Source: Amoebidium appalachense
Taxonomy: Eukaryota > Protista > Ichthyosporea
Length of the DNA: 64,000 nt
Assembly: GCA_963693365.1 (NCBI GenBank)
Contig: CAVNZM010000004.1
Coordinates: 9,266,468-9,330,467, forward strand
Reading direction: 5' to 3'
Shown here one piece after another: positions 12,381-25,601 of the stretch. Made by a program: the position numbers and the translations under genes. The stretch's first letter is position 1; each line of letters starts with the position of its first letter. The notes beneath the pieces were generated by a model that was not told the origin of the DNA, did no database searches, and saw nothing but the letters and a program-made list of their open reading frames with translations.

Positions 12381-13716
12381 ATTCAAACACCCCCAGTCTT
12401 CTTTCAGAGGTGTCCTTTCAGGACAGACCACTGTGTGGAGACCGCTTTACTTCCATGCAACCGGGCATGGTTGCTCTGTGTCGTGCATCTGTAAGCACAT
12501 ACACATTTTTCGCTGCACTGCTTTAGTTTGCACACACATCTTCACCGTTTTGCTCACCTTGCTTGCATAAGCAACCCTGCTCGTCTTTGATCAAGACGGA
12601 TTGACCTCCCAAGTTCAGTTGATGCTGCTGTCTGAGTTGGAGAGTCGTATATACGCGGGCTAAGGGGTCGAAACTCAGACGCAATTGATGACTTGGGCCC
12701 TCCCTGAGGATGGGCTCTGCTTATGACGCATACTGTGCGCATGGCTGATGTTGCATACTTGAATGTTTGCCTTTGCATGTGTCCTGCACCATGCTTCTCA
12801 TCGTGTATGCGTACTTCGTACCGTGTTCCGCATTCAAACCCCCCCCCCATCCCCTGCGTTGCTGCCGCTCCGCCGCCATCCCCCTTGTCCCCCTTGCCCC
12901 CCTTGCCCCCCTCCCCGTCTCCCCCACCGTTTTCTCCCCCCCCTCACCCCCCCCCCGCCCGCCCCTGGGTCATTTCTCTTTCAACCCCCCTCCCCCCCCC
13001 CCCCCCCCCCCCCCCCCCCGCCCCTCCCCCCCCCCCCTTGTCTTCCTTCTCATTAATGCAATCTCTTGTTGTGCCCATGGAACCCACACTGTATGGCGAG
13101 TCCATTCTACACCCTCCCTTCACGATCTTTTAATCTCCTCCCCCCCCCCCCCCCTTCCTCTCCCCCCCTTCCCCCTCCCCCCTCGCCCACCCCCCCCCCC
13201 CCCCCCTTTTTTTTTTGATAAAAAAAATTCCACCCCACAACCCCTTTTTCTTGCTGCCCCACACACTGACCTCGAACCCCCTCGAGCCAACCCATCCCCG
13301 TCCTCCCCCGCAAACCCTCCCTCATCCACTAGTTCTTAGCATCATGTTGCTGAAGTGAATCTACTTGTCCCTACAGTCTGATGCATACCTTGTCCTCTTC
13401 AACGATGACAGTGAAAAGGATTACTTTGTGCGGTTCTCCATCCGCCCCAACATCTTCTCGGTTGTGCCGAAGACAAAGACACAGGTGAGTTTCACAAACG
13501 GACTCGTACTTGTTTTTCGTAAGCGGAAAGTAGGGTGGGCAATCTAGAGTAATTGAAATGCAAGATGGTACTGAACTAGCTGGGGAAAGTATGAAGAAAG
13601 ACCTCCCCTCAACCCTCCCTTCCTGCCCGCCACCCCCTCCCCTCCCCCCCGGCGCCTCCCCCTGTCCATTCCCCCCCTTCCCCCCCCCCCCCCCCCCCCC
13701 ACACACACACACAAAT

Positions 13717-13812
<96 letters not shown>

Positions 13813-13927
13813 GCACAAACACGCACAAGCAACTTCCTCGCCCTTCCCCGGGACATACTTGATGGCGTGGACGACCCCCCCCCCCCCCCCTTCCACTTCA
13901 AATGTTGTGTTCTAACTGCCCCCCCCC

Positions 13928-13964
<37 letters not shown>

Positions 13965-14371
13965 CCCCACACACACCCCCTCACCCACCCACCCCTTTAC
14001 CCTCCCCTTCCGCCCAACCCCTCCCTCTCTATCCGGGTAAAAAAAAAAAACACACAGATTATGTTCAAGATACCCAAGGGCATTCGAGGTAACCTCCTAC
14101 TGTTCATGAAAGTTCCCAGCGATGGGGAGAGAGACCTATGGATGTCGGCCCTCCAGAGGGTTTGCCCCTCTCCCTCGTCCCAAAGTCTATTCCCAAGTCC
14201 TAGTGCCGGAAACGAACTTTCGCCAGAACGATCGGCTAATCGGTCACCCAAACACACACGATCTCGTTCGGTTTCTTCGGCTCCTGTTCCCTCTCCAAGT
14301 GCGAAATCCCCCCCCCTCCCCCTCTCCCCCGCGCTCAACACGTACACACACGCACACGCATGCGCCGGCGT

Positions 14372-14449
<78 letters not shown>

Positions 14450-14934
14450 GCACACCTTTCCGATCATCTTTTATAGTCGCTGTCTGGGTCATTCTTGGCT
14501 GTTTTGCCCTCATACATTCGTCACATTCGCTATGCACACCTTATGTTGCAAACATCCCCGCCCGGCGCATGGATGATGTTGCATACTTGAATGTTTGCCT
14601 TTGCATGTGTCCTGCACCATGCTTCTCATCGTGTTTGCGTACTTCGTACCGTGTTCCGCATTCAACCCCCCCCCCCTCCTCCCCTCTTCTATCCAGCCGG
14701 ATACAGCAAACATGTCTTCTTCTCACCCCTCCCCCCACCCCCCCATCTCCCACCCCGCCTGCCCGGGTATGCCTCCATTCCCCCCTTCCCCCCTCACCCC
14801 TCACCTCTCCCCCTTCGGTGCCCCCCCTGCCCACCCTCACCTCAGTACTCCTTCACCCCCCCCCTCCCCCCCCCTCCCCCCCCCCCCCCCCCCCCCCCCC
14901 CTTCCCCTACTAAATACCCTTTGGAGACCGCCCT

Positions 14935-14972
<38 letters not shown>

Positions 14973-17003
14973 CCCCTTCCCTCTCCCAGTAACCAAGATG
15001 TATCTCACTTATCTCCTTTTCCCTCCTTGCCTCCCTCCCCCCTCCCCTCCCCTCCCCCCCCCCTGGGACAGTACCGTTTCTTCACCTCCCCCACCCCCTT
15101 CGCCTCTGCCTGCGGCAGTACCTTCCATACCGTCCCCCGCCTCCCCCTTCCTTCCGCTCCCTATGGTGCTCTTAGCGTTCTGTGCCCTGCAACTCCCTGT
15201 CCTTAAAACTAAATGTATATCTCACACGATGTTTGCGACGTTTCCCTCTTGTTCTGCATTACAGAGGTTGCAGGTGTACCCGCGATGCTCACTCCTCCAT
15301 CCACGGCCACCAACATCAGGAGGTCCATGTCAAACCTGTCGGCAGGTATTGTCGTGTGTGTGTGTGTGTGTGTGTGTGTGTATTTTTATTTTTTTTTGGT
15401 GGGGGGGGGGGGGGGGGGGGGCAAGGTGTGTGTTTGTTTATGCGTGTGTGTGGGGGGGGGGAGAGGGGGGGGATATATATATATGTGTTTGGGGGGGGGG
15501 GGGGGGAAGAAGGGACATGTTTGTGTGTGTTGGGGGGGGGGGGGGGGGGGGGGAGGGGGGCAGATACATGTGTGTGTTTGGGGAGGGGGGGGGGGGGCCA
15601 GGTACATTTGTGTGTGTGTGTGGGGAGGGGGGGGGGGGGGGGGGCAGGTACGCGCACGTGTGTGTGTGTGTGTGAGTGTGTGCGCGTGAGCGTGTGCGCC
15701 TTATCGTTTGGCAACCCTGGCCCGGAATGGTGCTGTGTCACACAATCATCCCCCCCCCCCCCTCCCCCCCCCCCCCCCCCCCCCCCCGCACACACACACA
15801 CAGTCCACCCCTTTCTGTGTAAGCGTGCCTTCTAGATTGTACCTGCTACCCATCCCTTCCGCCTTCCATTGCCCCACCTCCCCCCATGTTCGTGTCTTGT
15901 GGTGCATACCCCCCCCCCCCCAATTGATGACTTGGGCCCTCCCTGAGGATGGGCTCTGCTTATGACGCATACTGTGCGCATGGCTGATGTTGCATACTTG
16001 AATGTTTGCCTTTGCATGTGTCCTTCGTGTATGCGTACTTCGTACCGTGTTCCGCATTCAAACCCCAAACCCCCCCTCCCCCCCCCCCCCACCCCCTATC
16101 CCCGTGCATCTCATTTTCCGGCATATTCAAGCTCACCACCCCCCCCCCCCCCCCTCCCCATGGAATGTGCACAGCATACCCTGTAGCATATTCTAACCCC
16201 CCCTTTCCTCTCCCTCCCCCCCCCCCACCCCCACACCCTGCCCTCCTCTCCGCTCCTCCCCTCCCCCCAACCCCTTCCCCTCTTCCTCCCCCCCCCCCAC
16301 CCCCTCCGGTCTCCCCTCCCCCGCCCTTCCTTTCCCCTCTTCCTCTTCCCCGGATGTTCAGTTCTCGACCATCCTGAGAATGACGGGTCTCTTTTCTGTG
16401 CCGAGTCACACTCCAAGTGTGTGCAAGCGGCCGAACAACTGCAAAATGCGGTGAAGGATAGCAAGGATGCACAGTTGCAGAGGTTGGTTGGGTCACTGAT
16501 AGAGGCATTGGCACTGTATTCGAGCGATGTGAACATCGAGAGCCAGAGGCTGAAGGATGAGATCAGGTAAGGCGGGGGGGGAGGGGGGGGGGGGGGGGGG
16601 GGGGGGGGTGTAAGGGGGCAGAGGGGAGGGGGGATGGGAGGGCCGGGGGATTTGTGGGGGGGGGGGGGGGGGGGTTATTGGTGCTTTTTTTTTCTCCCCC
16701 TTGTTATTAAAAGGTTGGGGGAGGGGGGGGGGGGGGGGGGGGGGGCGGGTTACAGGGAATATGCTGGGGAGGGTTGGATGGGGGGGAGGGGGGGGGGAGG
16801 GAAAAACGTGACTGAAAGAGGCAGGCGGATGTCTCGACGAGGAAAGGTGTGTATCTTTGGAGGGGATGGGGAGGGGTAAGGGCGGGGGGATCAATGTTAG
16901 TGATGGTATGTTGGGTGGGTGGGGGGGGGGGGGGGGGGAGAGGGAGGGAGGGAGGGGGGCGGGGGCAGACACACATATACACACGCGTGTGCACGCGCGC
17001 GCG

Positions 17004-17068
<65 letters not shown>

Positions 17069-17346
17069 CTATCCACACTCACCCACCTACCCCCCCCCCC
17101 ACGCGCATGCGTGCGCGCGCGCGGGCAAACACACACACACACACATGTCACACTGACACATGTAGGCGTGCGCGCACACACACATACAAACACACACACA
17201 CACACACACACACGTACACACACACAGGGGGCTCAAGGAGGCGTCAGGCACGCTCAACCAGACTGTTGTGGAGATGGGCCAGCAGATGCACAGACTCGAA
17301 AAGCTCGGTTTCCGCATGTCCAGATATGGGAGTGTGTACACCCGTG

Positions 17347-17379
<33 letters not shown>

Positions 17380-18269
17380 TTCCCCCTCTCTTCCAGTCTG
17401 CCCAGTTGGAATGTTGGTGTTGGAGACGGCTTTTTTGGGGGGGGAGGGGGGGTGGGGGGTGGGGGGCACCGACTCCAATATAACCAGGTCAACATGTCTT
17501 TCACCATCGGACAACAGACGGAGATGACGCAGGAGGGGATTGATGGCTTGTGTATTCGTTCAAAAGGCCGGTAGATAGTCACCCAAGCAACACATCCTAC
17601 ACACCTGGTTTCCAAAACGACACCGTGGTCAACTTTAAGATATAATTCACACCACTTGAACTTGTATATACGGCAACAAGCAGACGGTATTCTGACTTAT
17701 TCATACCATTTTTTTTTAGTAGTTTTACGAATATCATGCATTTATCACGGCATTCTGACTTATTCATACGTTTTTATTTCGGCAGTTTTACGATAATCAG
17801 GCGTTTATCGCAGTATTCTGACTTATTCATACCGTTTTTTCCAGCAGTTTTACGGTAATCAAACGTTTAGTACGGTATTCTGACTTATTCATCCTTTTTT
17901 TTGTAGCAGTTTTACGGTAATCATGCATTTATCACGTGACGTATTCAGGCGTGTCCTCTGCAGGCAAGGAGAGGCCTGGCGCCCGGGGTGACGAGTCACC
18001 GGAGGAATCTGATAATGACGATGAATTCTTCGATGCTGTGGATGCGCAGATCAGCAGCAGAAGAACATCACTAAAGAGCCTGGCTAGGGCACCAACGGTC
18101 AACCTGATTGAGCAGGTGTGTGTGTGTGTGTGGTGGGGGGGGGGGGGAGGGGGGGGGGGAGGGGGGGAGGGGGGGGGGAGGGAGGGGGGACGGGGAAGGG
18201 GTGTGTGTGTGTGTGGGTGGGTGGGTGGATGTGGGTGTGGGTGTGTGGGGGGGGAGGGGAGGGGGGTGG

Positions 18270-18344
<75 letters not shown>

Positions 18345-18511
18345 GTATGTACACACTGTGTGTGTGCGTACTAGCCGAAGGAAACAAATTCCCCTTTTTC
18401 TTTTTTTTCTTTCCTCTTCCTCTCCTTTTTTTTCTCCTCCTTTTTCATTTTTTTTTTTTTTTCTCGGTGGTGGTGGTAGTGTGGGTGTGTTTGTGTGAGG
18501 GAGATGGGGAG

Positions 18512-18555
<44 letters not shown>

Positions 18556-19191
18556 GGGGGGGGGGGTAAAGCATGGTTGTGGAATGGCTGGGAGATGAAA
18601 GCATCATAGCGGAAAAATTAGTAAGAGACATTTGTGTCACGTCACGTTTTGCGTGTCCGCGCGCGCATGTGTGTGTGCGCGTACACATGGGTGCGCTTGT
18701 TCGTGTGTACCTACGCATGTGTGCACCTGTGCGTGTATGCACGCATGCATGAGCCTGTGCATGCAAGTCACAAGTTTGGTGTGTGTACGTGTGTGTCCGT
18801 GTGTCTCTGTGTGTGTGCCCTTTTTTTTGGGGGGGGGGGGGGAGGGGGGGGGGGGGAGATCAGGATGAAGTAAACTCTTCAGGCACTGTGACTTTTTGCC
18901 AACAAACTAACTGAGAGGATTACAGATGGCAAAGGAGCCCCCCACCTTCCGTACAGAGCTGCCGGCAGACAAATCGGACAGAAAGCTCAGCGTGTGGAAG
19001 TTCCTGAAGGATAACATTGGAAAGGTGTGTGTGTGTTTTTTTTTTTTTGTGTGTGTGTGTGTGTCTGTGGTGGTGGTGGTGGTGGTGATGGGGTAAGGGA
19101 GGGGGAGGGGATGGGGGGGGGGGGATGGTGCTGAAAATGGGATGCAGGTAGTGTGTTTCCCCAGGGGGAGCGGCCAGGGAAAAGGGTGTTT

Positions 19192-19226
<35 letters not shown>

Positions 19227-19480
19227 ACATGCGCGCACGCGCGTGTGCGCCCGTGTGCCTGCGTGCCTGTGTTCCTGCGTTTTGGGCATGTGTGTGGGTG
19301 TGGTTGGGGTGTCGATGGAGTGGGGGTGTGGTGAGTGTGGGTTGTGTGTCTGTGTGTATGTGTGTGTATGTGGTGGTGGTGGTGGTGGTGGTGGTGGTGT
19401 GTGTGTGAGGGGGGAGGGGGGAGAGGGTGGGAGGGGGTATAGGTGATGTAAGAGCAAGCACGTCTGACCTTCCCACATAT

Positions 19481-19516
<36 letters not shown>

Positions 19517-19725
19517 GATTTCAGCAAGATCAGTATGCCCATCGTGCTCAATGAGCCAATATCAGCCGTGCAGAGGGTGTGCGAGGACCTGGAGCCTGCA
19601 TTCCTACTCACGGTCAGCAACCCCTCCTCCCCCCCCTCCCCCTCTCCTTCTCCGCCCCCCTCACTGCCCCCCTCCCCTGTCCCCCCTCCCCACACACACA
19701 CACACACACTCTCTCTCTCTCTCTC

Positions 19726-19761
<36 letters not shown>

Positions 19762-19911
19762 TTTATTTTTGTTATGCCTTTTCAGTTTGCTTTGTTGTTG
19801 TTCTTGTTGTTAATTTTGTCTTTGCTTCCTTTGTTCGGTGTTTTCTGGTATTTGCTGATGTTTTTTGGTTTTTGCTTTTTACCACCCCCCCCCCCCCCCC
19901 ACCACCACCAC

Positions 19912-19949
<38 letters not shown>

Positions 19950-20136
19950 CCCCCCCCCCACACACACACACTTTTCTACTCCCCGAATTAGTAGGAAGGA
20001 GTTGGAGGTTGTGGATGGGGGGATGGGGGACAAGGTGGGAAGGGAGGATGCATGCACAGACGTGCATGATTCAGCGAGTGGTTGCAAAGGTTGTGTGATA
20101 TTGGGGTATTGCGGATTGATAATGAAATCCTTTTTT

Positions 20137-20172
<36 letters not shown>

Positions 20173-20410
20173 ATTGGGTGACCGACAACCTTCTTGATTC
20201 TATGCATGATTTTTCCATGTTTTTATTGGATACTTATCTGATTTGATGGGTGGTTACAGCAAGCGGCATCTTGCCAAGACCCCGACGAGAGGCTGCTATA
20301 CATTGCCATATTTTCAATTGCTGCATACAAGAACACAAGGTGTGTGTCTGTGTGTTGGAGGATGTGTCTGCGGGTGCATGCATGCCTTTGTGTGTCTGTG
20401 TGTTGGTCTC

Positions 20411-20505
<95 letters not shown>

Positions 20506-20509
20506 TGTG

Positions 20510-20593
<84 letters not shown>

Positions 20594-20595
20594 TG

Positions 20596-20631
<36 letters not shown>

Positions 20632-21043
20632 TGTGCGTGCGTGCGTGCGTGCGTGCGTGCGTGTGTGCGTGCGTGCGTGCGTGTGTGCGTGCGTGTGTTT
20701 ACATGTGTTGGATGTGTGTGGTCGTGTATCTGGCATAGGCAGGGGCTTGCATGTACGTGTAGGTGCATTTGTGCAGTTTATGTGTGTGGGCATATGAGTG
20801 GATATGGATGTGTAGGTGTGTTTCTGTGTGTATGCTTTCGTGCATGTGCGTTTGCATGCAGAGATGCCATCCCTTATCTCCAACAATGCACATCTGCCGG
20901 GTAATATCTGGTCATTTCGATAGGTGGTGTTGATCGTGGTCCATCCATGTGGAAACGAAGCTGCTGTCACAAGAAAAGAACCTTAACACTCGCACACAGG
21001 TGTGCTATGCGCATGGAAACACCGCCCTCGAGCGTGTGCACAC

Positions 21044-21138
<95 letters not shown>

Positions 21139-21203
21139 GCGCACATACGCACACGTGCAGCCACGTGCGCGCGCACCCACACACACTTACAGGCACTAAC
21201 ACC

Positions 21204-21245
<42 letters not shown>

Positions 21246-21277
21246 CGCGTGCGTGCGCACACAGGCACAAACCCCCC

Positions 21278-21308
<31 letters not shown>

Positions 21309-21574
21309 ACACAATGACACACAAAAACACACACAAACACGTTGACCCTTGGTCTCTTGCAGCCGCACCGGTAAGCCCTTCAACCCATTGCTTGGTGAAA
21401 CCTTCGAATTGGACCTTAGCAATGTGAAGGGATACGAATACAGGGCGGTGGCAGAGCAGGTGTGTGTGTGTGTGTGCGTGTGTGTGTGTGCGTGTGTGTT
21501 TTTGTTATTTGTTATTTATTGGGGGGGGGGGGGGGGGGAGGAGGGTTGTGTAGGGTGCATGTGCGTGTGTGTTT

Positions 21575-21609
<35 letters not shown>

Positions 21610-23025
21610 CTCTCTCTCTCTGTGTGTGTGTGTCTGTGTCTGTGTCTGTGTCTGTGTCTGTGTATCTATGTGTGTGTGTGTATGTACCGTTTGAGGTGTG
21701 GGGTTTTTTGTCCGTGCGCTTGTCCGTGCTTGTGTGCAGGCGGTGATCCCCCCTTTTTATGACTTGACACTTCCGCTTCTCCCTCGCAAGTTGTTTAGAC
21801 CGTTTTTTCTAAAACATGTTTTATGTTTGCAGGTGTCCCACCACCCACCTGTTACAGCGGTGCATGCACAGGGCAAGGGCTGGAGGTGGTGGAAGCAGGT
21901 GGACATAAAAAACAAGTTCAGAGGAAAGAGCATGGAGGTCTACCCCACCGTACGTGTCTCTCATCCCTCCCCCCCTCCCCCCCCAAAAAAAAAATAAAAA
22001 TAAAAATAAATAAAAAAAAAAAAAACTCTTTGTGTGGTTCCACTGTGTATTGTTTTCCATCATGAATGTGTACTTTGCACTTCATAACGCAATCTAACCC
22101 TTCCCTTCTCCCCCCCCCCCCCCCCCCCCTCCTCCTTCCCCTCGCTCACAAAGCCTGCTTTTGCCTTAACCGCGCGTGCTTGTGGTGAGTGTGGGTGAAA
22201 CTGTTAACATGCAAAATCATGTACCTACCTTTCACGTGCACACACAGGGATGAGCATGTGAGTGTACATGTGCGCGTGCACATGCACACACACACCCACA
22301 CACCCACACACACATATATACACACAAACAGCGCTACACATGCACATGCACACACACACACGCACACACACTTTGTACATGCTTTATTCAAACCTTTCTT
22401 GTTGATTTCCACGAAGTCGGTTATAGTTAGAGCTAGTTGTATGTACCGGGTCTTCATTTAGTCCAGAGACATTATTGAAAACTACATATGGTAACCGGAA
22501 AACCCCAATAACCAATCCTTCCAATATCTTGGGTCCTGGTATAAACTTCAACCTGATGTAAGCATGTGCGTTACAGCTGTCGTTTGCTTTTACATTTGCC
22601 TACCTGCGATGAGTTTCCGTTCTTTACTGCATTTTTCTGATTGGGTGGGTGCAGGGCACGATCCACGTTCTGATTGGTGACGAGCACTACACGTGGGACT
22701 GTGTGACGTCAGTAGTCAACAATCTGGTGGTCGGCACACTGTGGGTGGACCAGGTACTGTGTGCACCATGTGGATCCTTCTAGCAAACTGCATGCAGTGC
22801 CGTGTGCAATTAGTATCATACATCTGGAATAGTGGTGTAAGCAACGCTGTCTCTCTGTATGGTTGAGCCATGGGATGAAAGCCGGAGGGGGTTATTACTG
22901 ACCTTGGTGAGCAGTACGGGCCCATGACGATCAAGAACCACAAGACGGGTGCATGTGCAAAACTCAATTTCAAGGCCTATTCGTACTTTGGCAGCAGTGA
23001 GGTCGGCGCAGTCGATGTGGGTGCA

Positions 23026-23057
<32 letters not shown>

Positions 23058-23072
23058 ACACACACACCCCCC

Positions 23073-23103
<31 letters not shown>

Positions 23104-23107
23104 AAAA

Positions 23108-23147
<40 letters not shown>

Positions 23148-23179
23148 AAAGAGAAGAAAGGGAGAGAGGGAGCGAAGGG

Positions 23180-23219
<40 letters not shown>

Positions 23220-23712
23220 GGGGGGGGGGAGGGGGGGAGGGGGGGGGGGGGACGGAGGGAGTGGGAGAGGAAGAGGGGGGAGAGGTGGATAGATGGGGAG
23301 GAGAAGGGGGATGGAGGTAAGGAGGGGGAAAGGAGGGCGAGAGGGGGAGTGAAAGAAGAGGAAGGGGAAGGAAAGGAGTACAGGAATAACTTATTTTACT
23401 GCATTATAAAGGGAAAAGTTTAGAAAGAGCTTTCCACCTTTTTCTTGAAGCTTTGCAGAAATTGCCAGAGCAGCCACCGTGTTGCTTCATTTTATTACCA
23501 GCCAATCTACTTCTGGTCTTGGTTTTGTCATTATTCGCCCTCTTCTCCTATCAGGTGTTGTGCTTTGTTTCACTTGCCTCCCGCGCATGTGCGTTTGCGT
23601 ATTCATGAGCAGGAGTGGGTGCATGTACACCTGTTCCTGCGTGTATGCGCAGCGCAAGTCATGTGCATGTGAGTTGGTGTGCGTGTGCGGGTGTGGCTGT
23701 GTAGCTCTGTCT

Positions 23713-23760
<48 letters not shown>

Positions 23761-24140
23761 GGAAGTAGAGTCCGCTGTGACTAGGGTCGTCGTGGCGCGC
23801 CGCCCCGTTTTTTTTACTGCTTTCAGCGTGTTAACTCCATGACTGAACTCCATGACTGAACTCCATGTCTGCACCTGGCAGAGACGTTGCTTATATACCC
23901 GTGGGGCAGCAGTCTGGAATGTAATCCGGATGCCAAGCGCTAATCGGATTGGTTACTTTCATTTAGAGATCTCTGGGACCAGTGAACCAATCGTTTGCAG
24001 TCAAAACACAATTGGCAACATTCCTCAACTATGCAGATGTGCATGTGGTGATCGAGTGTCAGCGTGTGTCTGTGTACACGGAACCAATTGTAAAGCTAAC
24101 ATACACATATTGTGGAGTGAGCGTAAGTCTGCACTCCAAC

Positions 24141-24184
<44 letters not shown>

Positions 24185-25214
24185 TTCCCCCCTTTCCCCC
24201 TTTCCCCCACCCATCCACCCACCCATACACCCACCTGCCCAGCTCAGATTTTTTTTCGATAGGGAATAACCTCTGTTCATAAGTACACAGTACACACACT
24301 CACAGCCCCCCCCCCCCCCCCCCACCCCCCCCCACCCCCCCCCCCCTCTCCCCCCTCCCCCTCTCTTTTTCAGGGTGTTGTGTGCGATGTGTCTGGCAAG
24401 GAGGTGTATCAGATCGAAGCAAACTGCCATGACTTTGCACGGGCAAGACGCACAGACAGCCCCAACGGTAGGTTAAACCCTATGCTGTGTGTTGAATTGG
24501 TGATCACTGATCCGATTAGGTCAGATTTGTGATGATTGGTGTACTGTTAATGTGATTATCGATCCAAATAGGTCAGAGTTTTGATGATTGGCACGGCTGT
24601 GGGTGTGATCACTGATCCGATCACGCCAAATATGTGCTGATTGGTGCACGGATGTGTGTTGATTGGTGGGTACGTGAGATCCGCGATAGATGTTTTTTTT
24701 CCCCTCTCAAACCACTCGTGTAGATTGAGCTAGTAACTAGTCTAGCATTATATACCATCTCTGTTTGGCAGCCTGGGGGATTCAACAACGGCTCTGGTGA
24801 GTGAATGTGCTTAGTGAAGAGTGGTCGGTGGGCATGCATTCCTAACACCCTACGCCGTATTATCGTAAGGTCTAAGTCGATTATTCGTGACGTGACCTCG
24901 ATGCTACATCAACTATACGTCTACATCAGCTCAATTGGTTTCATTATTGGCTTTTCCTGCATATGGTGTAATCTCTTCCCCCCCCCCCCCCCCCCCCCTC
25001 TCCCTTCTTTTTCCATCGTGTATGAATTGTCCAATTAAAGGACTAATGTCAGAAATATGCCTCTACATAGTCGTGAACTTATGAGGTGTGCCCCGTGCAG
25101 GTAACTTTGTGGAGTATTGGGTCAAGCAGCCGCTGCCACCCAAATCTGCCCAGCAGTTCAACTTCTCAAGGTTTACCATGCTGCTGAATGAGATGAGAGA
25201 CGAGTAGGTGCCAT

Positions 25215-25245
<31 letters not shown>

Positions 25246-25532
25246 GGGGGGGGGGAGTACTGGGACGTGGGCGCAACTCCCGTTTTGTGTGTTTGCCTTT
25301 TGCTGTGGCCTTTATCGCATCCCTTTTGGAAGGCATAGTTGTTGTTCGACTCTAAATGAAAAAGGGTTGTCGCACTTGCTATTTTCTGAAAGAATTTGCT
25401 GTCTTTTCTCGCGTGATCGTTTTTGGAATTCATAGTTTCCATGTTTCCAACCCTTTAGTGGATATCCACCCCCTCCTCCCCTGCGTCGTCCCTCCCCCCC
25501 CCCCTCCCTCCCTCTCCAGCAAGAGCACGCAG

Positions 25533-25601
<69 letters not shown>

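Noticed and set aside
12571-12580. Telomerase-RNA template (CAACCCTG) or telomeric seed CTAACCC at the repeat ends
   Set aside because: The match is too short and imperfect, the element is multicopy, and no TTAGGG arrays occur in the window.
12603-12680. HDV-like ribozyme (P1/P2 crossing order)
   Set aside because: There is no P1.1 GG, no P4 and no catalytic C in the J4/2 position; only GA separates the two 3' strands.
12630-12717. Hammerhead ribozyme in the repeat (GTCGAAAC, GTT triplet, CTGAGGA)
   Set aside because: The tokens are present but in the wrong topology: no CUGANGA lies directly 5' of a stem II closing on GAAA, and the CTGAGGA sits in its own hairpin. Sense orientation in pre-mRNA also argues against efficient self-cleavage.
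17684-17935. CRISPR-like array
   Set aside because: The 'spacers' are homologous to each other, the context is a eukaryotic intron and there are no cas genes; it is a plain minisatellite.
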